Part shown: positions 52,676 to 64,000 of the stretch, one piece after another
Layout of the letters: each line of letters starts with the position of its first letter
Numbering within the stretch: the first letter of the stretch is position 1
From: Azolla caroliniana
Lineage: Eukaryota; Plantae; Polypodiophyta
Direction of reading: 5' to 3'
Assembly: GCA_043228905.1 (NCBI GenBank)
Contig: JBHGNT010000001.1
Span: 26,970,001-27,034,000 of the forward strand
DNA length: 64,000 nt
Notes under the pieces: generated by a model
What the model was told of the DNA's origin: nothing
The model's input: only the letters and a program-made list of their open reading frames with translations
Databases searched by the model: none
Translations under genes and position numbers: made by a program

Positions 52676-54179
52676 CGTGTCATCGTACTGAGAGAATGAA
52701 CGCTCATGTCTCGAAAATATTCCTCAGGAAAGAGTCCTCGGATATAGCTGATATGAAAAATGGCTATGCGGAGAAGATTTCGTGTCTGTCATTGACAAAT
52801 TATGAAAGAATTTGCGAAAACGTTAAAACAGCTTCTAATGGGAAACTTGGAAAGAATGAGGTCGGAGAGCTTTTAGAAACTGCCATTCAGGAGAGAAAAA
52901 TTGGAATTTCAAACTCTTATCAAGTCAAAAACTGTGAAATTGAGTACACACGTTTTATAAAGCCAAGATGAAAAATTGGAAACCCTCGATTAATGGAAAA
53001 CCTGAGAGGATGACATTGTCGTTACCAAGTACTAAGCTTATTGTAAAGAAAAGACTGAAATTTTGCAATGGAATTCTTGAAAATGACTCCATTAATTGAA
53101 AACATGAAAAGGATGAGAGCACAGCTCACAAGCACTGTTATTCACGATATTTTTTGGTAATTTTTTTGAAATAAAGTTTGGAAAATCTAATAGAAACCTT
53201 GATACGAATGAATTACGAGCTTTTTAAGAACTGATAATCGCATTATCTTAACTTATTTTTAAATAAAAAAGAAAAAAATATTTATTTTCTAATGTGAAAC
53301 TGGAGAGGTATGAGAATGTATTTTACGAATGGTGTAACTTATTATAAAAACTTGAAAAGTATTAGCCACATCAAAGGTTATTGACTGTACTTGTTCACAA
53401 TAATTAACTTATTTTAAAGAACATAATCAAAACTTTCCATTAATGGAAAATCTAAAAGGAGGAATCATGAGATTAGAACCTGTAATCAACCATATTTATT
53501 AACAAAAATTAAGTTATTGTGAAGAAAACATTAGAAACTTTCAATGCTAGAAATGAAATGTTGAGATCGAACTTACTAGCTGCAACGAATTATTTTCAGT
53601 AACCTTAACATCATCCTTGGGAGCTACCTGTGCGACTACCTGCAAAGACTCAAGAAATGTATGAATAAAGTTTAGCAAGCACAAAACGGAAGATTCGTAG
53701 ATCAAGACAGGAAATTTTAACAGTATTCTTGATAGCTGAACATCAAAGGCAAAGCATATCACGTGACAGTATATAATCAAGACAGAAAGCCTTATCAATA
53801 TTCTATAACTGAAGGTATGAGAAATCACAGGTCAAAGAAAACGTATTATTCATCAAAGGAAGAAAAAGTAAACAGAACTTCAAAGCTCAAGACAGGCAAT
53901 TATGCATTAAGGCAGCGAATCTAAACATCATTACATAGCTGACCCCAATCAAAACATATACGATAAAACAATCATAATAGCATGCATTAACACAGAAAAC
54001 CAAAACATTAGTCTGCAGTTGAACACAGGAGACGCAAGGAAGGTCAAACAAGCATATCAATGATGCATCAAGACACCAAAACTTGCACATTATTGTATAC
54101 CTGAAAACAGGAGAACAAGCAAGAAGATCAAAGGAACTATATTACGCATGAAAAGGGAAAAACTAAAATAGCTTACCAT
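47803..54179 (-). CDS. ASY1: Meiotic HORMA-domain axis protein ASY1/HOP1 orthologue, about 22 exons (ATG-only first coding exon at 54179-54177, or alternatively 54356-54354; then 53639-53577, 52785-52689, 52541-52470, 52240-52148, 52057-51934, 51826-51757, 51572-51531, 51383-51258, 51137-50997, further exons, and a last exon ending at TGA 47803)
   Basis: M|VVAQ...SLQL|[24 protein letters not shown]; [23 protein letters not shown]; [19 protein letters not shown]; PSDYEPPFF; winged-helix/SWIRM-like [17 protein letters not shown]; [15 protein letters not shown]; C-terminal RKAST|VEEPIYQ closure-motif-like end. Confidence 0.93.
52610..52672. repeat. (TA)n(GA)n microsatellite in an ASY1 intron
   Basis: Seen directly in the sequence. 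Confidence 0.9.
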
Positions 54180-57100
54180 CACAGAGAAACACAGAATATC
54201 AATTAAACAAGGAATGCGCTATGCATTGTGACAGAAAGAGGAACGAAACAAGCAATATACCATACATCATAGCAAAGAATCTACAGATTGTTTCATAGCT
54301 AATCCATAGAGAAGAAGATCGATTAACCGCAGGTAGGAAATAAATGGTCTTACCATCGTTGATGTTGTCCGAAATAATTAGTGTATATCGCGCGCACAGT
54401 CTTTTTTTTTGGAACGACCAGCTGCAAAATGCGATAATATTTATAGAGAAATGGTGAGTGTGAGTATGTGGTGTGTCTGTCCGGACAATGTTCAGCTTGA
54501 CAAAGGAAAGGAACGAAAAGCTAAATGCATAGACACACACACACACAACAACAACAATATAGATAAATGAATACATACACAATATTAGACGAGAAAATAT
54601 AGACTTGTCAAATACATATGTATTTGAATGGTAAATATAAGATGGGAAAACTATTCCAACTTGATGCATCTACTCACAAACATACCCCTACATGTGTCAC
54701 GGGCCATGGTCATCCATAAAAAACACCTAACTTAAGTTTCCGGAATGCCATTGCATACCAATTTAACTTAATTAGCACAATTCCATTACATACCAATCTT
54801 CATCAAATTTTCTCTCCAAAGTTTCCTACGCACAAACTTAATTTAAATTTTATGCCTTTATTAATTATTTCTCATCAATGTACACCGGATTTGATTTTCC
54901 AACATATCTGACAAACCAAACACACCGAGCACAATATCCCTAGCAATAAGTTTAGATGAGGCTTGATCATCGATGAATTGGAGTCCTACATGCGACAACT
55001 ACAAACATTGTGTACCTACAACTTTTAAGTGTGGTGTTTCACACATTCGATTTTCTAAACAAAAAAAGGATTGTTGCATGCACACAAGGTGATTCCAAAT
55101 GTCGCCACCTTCCACGTGTACAAGTTCTTTTATCCACATAAAGAATCGTAATTGTATCGAAGTATGGATTTCAAAGTAAAAGACATTCAAGTCGATGTCA
55201 AATTTCAGTATAGATTTTTGTACTCACAAGATCCACTATATATGGATTATGGATTCACTAACCCAAACATATCCGTAGCTCTTCTTTCATATAACCTAGA
55301 CATTACATTCTAGCATATCAATTGTAATAAATCTAGAATAAGAAGAACTCTAGCTTGTAGAAGCAAAGCATTTAGAATAATGGGGGTTGAACGTGAAATG
55401 TTCAACCCCCATTTCCTTCAAAAGTTACATGTAGCCCAATACGAAGCTTGTACTTCTGAAATGACATCATGAAAATCATGAATGTTAAACCACATATGCA
55501 CTAGTATTTCTCCAAGTGTGTCCCACCACTACAAAAAGGGTGTTACTTTAGCCTTCATCCAATAATGGTCATTCTCTCCATTTCTTGAGTCAGTGAACCT
55601 CCACATAAGATGGAACTTTCACGTTCCTACTAGGATTTGTATATAACATTCTTAGCAAGTTATTTGTAAAATTTTATAAGTTACTAATGGAAGGAGTTTT
55701 TTATTTTGGAAAAAAAGAAAAAGAAAAAAGGGTGTTACTGAAGCAATACGAGGGAGTGCTAAAGAGAGAGTAAGTATTGGCAGGAAAAATTGGAGGGGGA
55801 TATTCTGAGTCCTGACTAAACTGATTAGAAAACTAAAACGCTCTTTTTTTTTTTTTGTCGAAAGGCGTGGCCAGGAGGTGGGAAAAGCTGATTATGTCCG
55901 GACAAAAGGATCACTGAAAGTGTGAAACAGCCGAATCGAGTTGCCGCGCAAGGAGAAGAAATTGGAAGAAGATGGGAAGCTAGGTCACGACAGAAAGAAC
56001 GACAGAGGCTCTCTATTGAATCATCCTTGTCTTACCACGTTTCCTTCCTCCCGTGATTCTCTCACAGGTAATGCTTAAAACACATAAACTCTGTGAGGGG
56101 TATTATACCTTCATCTTAAATCTCTTGATTATATTTATTCTCAAATACCTGAGTATCTGATTGTGTAAAGGGCAATAAACCTCCATCCTAAATTCTGGAA
56201 GAATTCCTCTTAATTTCATTTGAAAGGATCTTCTTTAACATATTTAATAAAAAAATTTATTCGAGGACAATTTGTTTTTCTAATTAGCCAACAGCCCTAG
56301 TGCATGAAATAATAGAAGAGAGTAAATAACACAAATGCATACAGGATTTAGCTGAAATTTTGTATGTTTCTATCAGATTTTTCTTGTTGTATAAGTGTTT
56401 TGAGCTGATGGTGGATATATATCCTATTGGGTTTTGCCTCCCTTTGTAGATATTTAAAACCAACAACTTTGGAAGAAAGAATTCATCTCCATATTATATA
56501 AACTAGTGCAATACACATTAGTTCTTTCAAAATGGCTACATGCAATGAGGAAATTAAGTCTAGATAGAAGTCACTAATTCATGATGATCAGTTTGTAACA
56601 TTATGGGAAATAGTTAATCGTTCGTTACATCCTTATCTATCACAGCTCATTTTACCCCTCTCATTGGAAACACATTTTGATTGAATTAATTTATATATAA
56701 TGCCACCTAGCTCTCTTTTTTTCTACTTATGTATGCCTGAATGTAATACCACATTTCTTTGGTTGCATAGTTGCTAGGCCTGCTATCCAAAACTTTTGTT
56801 TCATGGATGTCATTCTATGAAGGAATAGTCCGGTTCTTCATTCGCACTCTCTTGTAATCTTGCATTCCTAAAAATTGCAAATCATGAAGCATTCATTGGT
56901 TAGAATACACAAAAGGAGACACATTTTGGTTGCAACTACCATTAGTTGTTAATTACTTCACCAAATTTCCAATGTGCTACAATCATCAGGTAAATATGCA
57001 AAGGGAGACACAATTTTGTAGCAACTACTCCCAATGCTTACTTTTGCACAAAAACTCCAATCTGACACAATCTTCAGGATTGCCTAAATATTTGGAACTT

Positions 57101-57932
57101 TGATATGTTTATGTCAATCATAATTTTTGTGTTCACTTTTGATCTAAATTTATACTTTTTTTTGATTAATTGTACTTTAATTTGTGTTGTTCTGCCAGAG
57201 GATTGTTCCTAGCCTCTTACAACAATGAGGCAATGTGAAGGATGACTGGTTTCAACCACTACCTTGGTAGTTCTCATATTTAGGTTTTTTTTGCAATGTC
57301 TGAAGGGGATAATGATAATTAAACTGTCACGTACTACTCTATATGAATATTAGCTCAACACATGAGTAAACAATTTTATGTGAAATAGTAAACAGTACTT
57401 CTGCCCTTTCTGGGCTTCTTCTTCTGGAAGATTTTATCACCCAAGAGTTTCAATGAAAATTGCGATCCTTTTGCTTTTCAAAGAGTTGAACTGGTTTGAT
57501 GGTAAGGTAAATTCATTGCAGTATTGTCGTCAAATTGTTTCTCATTAACGATCTTTTTGTGATCAGAAAGGATACATTAGATTGGGGGGTATACATTACA
57601 CATCAGATGTATAGCCTCTTGTTAAGATGGCTCAACAACAAAAAGAAGCACACAGCTAAATTTTCATCTTGAAAGAATAGGCTTTACAAATCACTTTTTC
57701 AAACGAGGCTTCTCAAAACAATCAATGGTGTCCCCTATTGATTTAGAGAGACAATGCTAATAAAAGTTATGATGTATGGGTATTCTTTGTTATTTTTAAA
57801 GACAAATCTAGGTGTTGCAAACAAGAAGCAAATTTCATATTATGCAGTAAACGTCAGCTAAAAAGAGTTATGTAGTGTATACCTATAACAAGACAATACA
57901 GGTATATCTAAAAGGAGCTATATAGTATATAG

Positions 57933-59618
57933 CTATAATGGTTGGCGAGGTTGCACTCTGACTTGCAATCCGTCCTTGATGTAGAGAGTAGGGCAAAGCT
58001 TCGGGACAATTTTTTCCTGGCCAGGAAGGCATACCACACTGTACCGGAGGAGAATGGTGGACACTACCACTTTCATTAGAGTAAATGCCATATCTTTCCC
58101 TAGACAAGTGCGAGGACCAGCGTTAAATGCAGTGTATTGGAACGGTGATATATTCGAAGCTAGTCTGTAACTATTCTCAGAATTGTACACTAGCCACCGC
58201 TCTGGCTTGAATAAGAGACAATCCTTTCCCCAGATGCTCTCCATTCTCCCCATGGAATAGATGCTATAGATGAATTGCTGTCCTTTTCTCACTTGATTGC
58301 CGTCCGGAAGGACATCATCGCTCATAACATATTTATAGTCTGTTGGGACTGAAGGATAGAGGCGGAGCGACTCTAAGAGTGCTGCTTGGAGGTACACCAT
58401 TTGGTTGAGCTTTTCTCGTGTGTGGAGAATCTCGTGCTCAGCTGGCAGCTCACCATTGGTTGGAAGCAGGACATGGCGAGCCTCTTGAACTAGCTTCTCT
58501 TCCACCTTGGGATGAGCGGCCAACAACCAGAAGAACCAGGCTAGTGCTAGAGCCGATGTATCCCTACCAGCCAAGAGTATGTTGATGATCACATCTTTAA
58601 GGAACTTATCGTCGTGAGCTTTTAAGGTGCCCCCATTACCTTTCTCCATTCTTAAGAAGCAAGTCAAGAGGTCTGAAGCCATGTCGGGATTGGATGTGAA
58701 GGCTTTCCGGCGGTCATCCACGACCTCTTGCACATATGCATCTATCTCATGAAGAGCATCGGACAGGTTCTTCTCCCACCCGATGCCGAGGCAGCGCAAG
58801 ACCTTCCAGCTCATCATGGGCGTCGAGAAGCGGAAAGAAGTGCATTCTAGTGCCGTCTCAAAGGCGGCAGCAAAGGGAACTTTAGGTAGGTCAGGGCTTA
58901 GGCATCTTGTATCGATACCAAAAGCAACAATCGAGATTGTGTCAAATGTGAAACGGAGCATAAGATCTTGGAAATCAACTGTGGAAGACGAACCTGAATT
59001 GTGGCGGAGGATAGGGAGGAGCTTTCTAGAGGCAGCAGAGAAGATGGTGGCATCAGCAAAATCTCGGCAAGAGCGTGAGTTAAGGTGTAGGCTAGCGGTT
59101 TTCCTTTGGAGTCGCCAGAGGTCGTGGTCGGCATTGAAGATCCCATCCCCGAGGAGGTCATGAAAGATGGCAGTGAAGTCGGGGCCTTTAGGGTAGTTTG
59201 CAAAGTTATACCGGAGAACATGCTCAATGTTGCGTGGGTCAGCTGTCACCAGACTATCTTGGCGACGGCTCCCACCCACGAGCCACAACCATGGACCAAT
59301 GAACTGAAAAGTTCCGCCATTTGCTATGAGGATCGATGTCATCCAGTCATAGTACTGTGGGCCTAGATTCATGATCAAGGCCGGGAGCATCCCGATCAAT
59401 GGCCAGTTAGTAGGGTTTTTCATTGCCCCCCTCTTATGCAATTGCTTCTGCGATGTCAGCAATGCTTGTGACATCACCGGCCACTGCCATGTCAGCACTA
59501 GTCGCCACATCAGCGGCCAGTGCTGGCGCCACATCAGTGCCATCCACGTGCCAGCACCACCCATTATTAGCCACATCGCTGGCAGACTCCATTCCTCGTT
59601 AAACAAATAAAACCCCAT
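57933..59618 (-). CDS. Intronless cytochrome P450, CYP86 clan (CYP86B/CYP96-like fatty-acid/alkane hydroxylase)
   Basis: PTNWPLIGMLP; YPKGPDF...DLLGDGIFNAD..LWRLQRKTAS; AGRDTS I-helix; ESLR; PERW; heme motif FNAGPRTCLG; first ATG at 59618. Confidence 0.93.
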   Translation of the reverse strand: MGFYLFNEEWSLPAMWLIMGGAGTWMALMWRQHWPLMWRLVLTWQWPVMSQALLTSQKQLHKRGAMKNPTNWPLIGMLPALIMNLGPQYYDWMTSILIANGGTFQFIGPWLWLVGGSRRQDSLVTADPRNIEHVLRYNFANYPKGPDFTAIFHDLLGDGIFNADHDLWRLQRKTASLHLNSRSCRDFADATIFSAASRKLLPILRHNSGSSSTVDFQDLMLRFTFDTISIVAFGIDTRCLSPDLPKVPFAAAFETALECTSFRFSTPMMSWKVLRCLGIGWEKNLSDALHEIDAYVQEVVDDRRKAFTSNPDMASDLLTCFLRMEKGNGGTLKAHDDKFLKDVIINILLAGRDTSALALAWFFWLLAAHPKVEEKLVQEARHVLLPTNGELPAEHEILHTREKLNQMVYLQAALLESLRLYPSVPTDYKYVMSDDVLPDGNQVRKGQQFIYSIYSMGRMESIWGKDCLLFKPERWLVYNSENSYRLASNISPFQYTAFNAGPRTCLGKDMAFTLMKVVVSTILLRYSVVCLPGQEKIVPKLCPTLYIKDGLQVRVQPRQPL

Positions 59619-62600
59619 TTTCTTTTTGTTTTCTGTATCTTCCTGGAGTGCACTTCTCGACTTCGTTTTTGGCCTAACAAGCCACAAGACTGAAATTTGC
59701 AGCTAATTCATCCCCAAACTTGCCAGCAAGTTGAACCATTGACATGTGGATGGTGTAATAATAACTCAACCTGCTGATTAGTTGCTGAAATAGTTTACTG
59801 TTGCAACTAATTGTGGCTGCAATACAAAGCACATCTGCAGCATGTGGGTTTGTTTTTGTGTGTATTGGGGGGGGGGGGGGGGGTAAATTCTACAGGCTAA
59901 AATGCTAACTATGTTGGATAGGCATTAAGAATCTCATTTGTGAAAGGTTTAAGCTGTGTTGGCAGATGATGAAATTCCAAGATGGATTATAAACGGATCC
60001 TTAATTCCGACAAGCTTGCCCTAGAAAGAATTTCATCTACAGGAAAGCTGATAGTTTGTTTTTTCACTTTCAGTGTTTGGCAATTTGGAACTATACGACG
60101 TTTGAAAACTCCTCAAGAAATTGCCACTTAAAAAGGGTGTCTGGAATGAGATGATGGGATAGTGGAAAAATATGCTCTTTGGAGGGGGGGGGGGGGGGGG
60201 GGGAGGCCTTTTCATTTATGAGGGTTTGCTCACCTTCTGGAGAAGTAAAAGCTGGAGGGTTCCTACTTTTTGTCTATGCATTTAGTTTCTCTCTACCCAT
60301 TGCAAAACTCCCCCCACCTTCTAATAAAAATACCTCCTTGTATGTTTGGGCCACATCATTCACTTCTCTGCACCAACCTAATGCTGAACTGAAGTCCCAA
60401 GCTTCATGATGTTAGACCTTGCTTTCTTTTTTAACATCTATTATGTTTGCATGCATCTAAGGTTTTTATCCTCTACCCAACCATACTCTCCCCCCCCCCC
60501 CCCCACCCTTAACCCTAACCCTAACCCTACCCCACCCCACCCCAACTCCTTCCTACCACATTGATGGTTTGTTCCTTGAGGTTGTTGCACCATGGGTAAG
60601 AGAGAAAGGTATGGGATGTAATGCTTTGGGAGTAGATCACCAAACATTTCTCATTTTGGTTTCTCTCGTCTTGTTGGTCAAATAATGCATGTTGTTCTCT
60701 GATGTGCTTGTAAAAAAAAGCAATGTGTCGAATTCACCATAATTTATTCTATTAAGGTTTGCAAGTCCATTTTATTCGAGAAAAGGAACCTTGGTCCTCA
60801 TCTCCTTTTCCTAGAAGGCTTTACACTACCTTCTTGTTGTGTTTCTATCAACATCGAGCTTTCCTTTTGTGTATTCATTAACATTAACATATTCACTTTA
60901 AATCAATACTGTGCAAACAACTATATCATAAATGGAATGTAAGTATTTGGTGGCACGAGTTCTTTATAGTGGTTTATATTCATACACAATTCCATGTATG
61001 AGGTCAATATGAATACAACCACAACTATGAATGGCTACAAGTCACATGGCTTTGTTGTAGGATATATTAAGAAATAGAAATGGAAGGTGGACACGATTAG
61101 AACGAAAATTTGGACATAAAGGTCAGATTTACTTTGCTAGAATGTGGTTCTAGGCAAAAAGAACATGAAAGGTTAAATCAGAAGGGGAGCACATTTTATG
61201 CTTTTTGTTATGCATTATTTTGGGTAATTTATCCCTACTATTCATACTCATAGTAACAACATAAAACAAGGACTTCTATGTAGTTGATACATACATACTC
61301 AAGATTCAACATTCATACGTGTTATGTGTTCAATATTTCATAATGCATAATTTCAAATAGGTAGGTTGGGCCAACAAGAAAGGGAGCTTTTGGCAAGTAC
61401 TACAAATGCATACCTACTACATTATAAAGTTATGTTTGAATAGAAATGTTATTTGTTCTACTGTAATGTGTAACTAGGAATTACGAAAGGGGATTTTTAA
61501 TGTAAAATATTTAAAATGCATACATACCACACTCATTTTCAATTTATCTTTGCTTTCAAAATGAGGAGAATCATCATGCTCCTCCCAAATATATCATTGG
61601 TAATTGCACACGACCCCCTCTACTACCAAAATGTCATATTATATATATGAATTCCATAGACTTGGATAATAATTAATGCACATTTTACCTATAACATTAA
61701 TTTCAAGAAAATCCACTTTTCATAGTAGATTGCATGAGTAATGACATAGAAGTAGACAAACAACATCCTCCGAGTAGCCTCCATATGCCAATATCTACAA
61801 TATTAACATTATACAAGCAATGGTTCGTAGTAGACCGAAGTTGCAAAAGTTGTTATATATTTCTTTTTTGAACTTGTCTTTTTTTCATAGTACTCTGAGC
61901 TCATACCTAACTTAAGCCAATAAAGTTGATGGATACTTGAACAATGTCATTATATGTAACACTTCCGCACCATTGGCCATTTTATGTAACAGTTATGCAC
62001 CGTGCAATGGATGGGAAGAAGATACAAACTATAAAGAGAGGAAAATGACACTTGCTTTCCAACTCATGCAGTTAATTTGCACCAAAACTAGGTTTTTTTC
62101 TAAAATTACTTAACAATGTGGTGGTGTTCTCACCATCCTGTGATGCCTAGGTTATACTTTGGCAAAAGCTTTCAATTCATGAAAATCATATTTGTTGAAA
62201 AATGGTTATGTTACCAATATCCATTTTCTCAAGTGTTACTGTGTTAGTAATATTTTATTTTGGCTCCCAATACATCTTACAATTGTTACTTGATCAATAT
62301 ACAATCACTCCCTTGGCCATAGATCCTCATCTTCATCATGGGAAGTTCACTATATGAAATATTTTCAACTTCATGTTAATCGTGAAAATATCAATGTGGG
62401 ACAATTTACACTTCTCATAGTCATAGATCAAGAAACATGAATGGAAGGATTGCAATTCTTGTCTTACGTGAACCAACACCAAATATGATGACCCAACTAT
62501 TATTAGCAATTCCAATTTGGGAGAAGACTTTATTGTCATTGAAAGCTTCATAGGTCCCCGTCGTATATGTTTAGAGCATACTGGAGTTTCATAAATTTTA

Positions 62601-63310
62601 GGGTCTTCCTTTCTTAGAGGAGTATGGGTTGTACCGAAATGCTCATGAAATTGGCATGCTACCAAATGCTTATGCACAACTTCATTCTACATTGAAATGA
62701 ATCGATTTCTTTTGTTTAGTTTTCATGGATCTTTTATTCTAAGGTTGATACAAATAAAAACACTATTCAATGAATTTAATTACAAACTTAAACATGCATT
62801 TCCTTACTAAAAAACTTAAACCAAATGGTTGAGAACTTAAATTAGTCATCGTTTGATGGAATGAAAAATATTGTTGCCAAGGAAAAGTTTAGATAGGTAG
62901 CGCATGTGTACTCTTAGCCAAAATGCATTTGAACCTATAAAAGTAGAAACCAAGTATTGATAAGGGGATTGATGCATTTTGTACGTAAGAGCAAGGACAT
63001 TGCTAATTGATTCGCAACCTCCACAATAACACCACCTACCATGAGCTATGGATTTTTTGATTGATGACATATATACTAAGTCTCACTTTCACATTGTGCA
63101 AAGTGAAATATTTTTGTGGAGGTAAGAGAGAGAGAGAGAGATCTTTGAAAGTTGAAGGGAGTATTAATGTGACAATTTTCTTTATTGGAGGAAGTGGAAA
63201 TTCTTTCTGCAGTAGAGTGTCCGTCTTGCCTATTAGCAATTCAACATGTTCCACTACCCATGTAGTGTAGTGTTTGTCACACACACTTATTAATATAATT
63301 GTGTGTTTTT

Positions 63311-63349
<39 letters not shown>

Positions 63350-64000
63350 TCTACTAAGACCAAATTTGGCACATGAGCCAATTGGTTACAATAATGGGAT
63401 GTGTACACAATCATTGAAAAATAAAAATAAACTAAACTTGGATAAAAGAGTTTAGTGTGGTTACTGGTACAAAAGATGTTATGGTGTAACATATTCTATA
63501 AACGAAACAACTATGTGTTGGGACTAGTTTCATTTCCATCCAAATCTCTCGAAAAGGAGGAAGTCAAAGGGTTTCAATGTGGGTGTGACATGTGGTCCTA
63601 ATGTAAATGGTATCCTGACCATAGCTTCTAGGCGATGTAACTCACGGTCCCTTATCTTCTTAATTGTTTCTGGACAACGAGTGAATTTGAGACCCCATAT
63701 TCGAGGGTGTTACATGTTTGGTGAATATTAGAAAGGTTAAGGTTAACATTTTGTAGCTTATTCTCTTTATATCATTTTAGCTCTTTATATCCGGGGTATC
63801 CAATTGTCAACATCAATACGGCATAGGGCCAACCAAAAGTAGTTGATCATATGGATAACTTTAGAGCACATCCAATTAGATAATCAATTGTGCTTTAACC
63901 TCCTCCATAGAAAGAGAGAGAAACAAAAAAGGATATCTCAATTCTAGCATTTCCTTTTCATGTATGGCTTAAGGTGGTCTGATCAATTGTGGTCTCTATG

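Noticed and set aside
61700-63300. Possible decayed transposon ORFs (also ~25000-27500, 35900-37250 and 40600-42300)
   Set aside because: Too degenerate to assign a family by eye

Overview
AT-rich, microsatellite-rich land-plant nuclear DNA (fern-like by gene and repeat style; this is inference). The window holds seven genes. (1) Exon 1 of a minus-strand gene with an organelle-targeting-like N-terminus runs off the left edge. (2) eIF2D/ligatin, 8 exons, minus strand. (3) An intronless RLP51/SNC2/RLP55-like LRR receptor-like protein fused to a long arabinogalactan/extensin-like domain, minus strand. (4) A plastid TPR-like gene, plus strand. (5) A Lys-rich, possibly nucleolar gene, plus strand. 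(6) The meiotic HORMA gene ASY1, about 22 exons, minus strand. (7) An intronless CYP86-clan P450, minus strand. The intergenic space is a retrotransposon graveyard: a truncated copia and a truncated Ty3/gypsy element each carry an independent, TSD-flanked solo LTR of one family, plus LINE/copia remnants and a hAT-like MITE. I found no unambiguous new multi-gene system. The best leads are the AGP-RLP chimera with an ABRE cluster upstream, two GC-AG introns, twin ATG|GT start exons in ASY1, a near-perfect 136-bp array behind eIF2D, and a hairpin-repeat array. All splice sites and family assignments were made by eye; no database searches were run.
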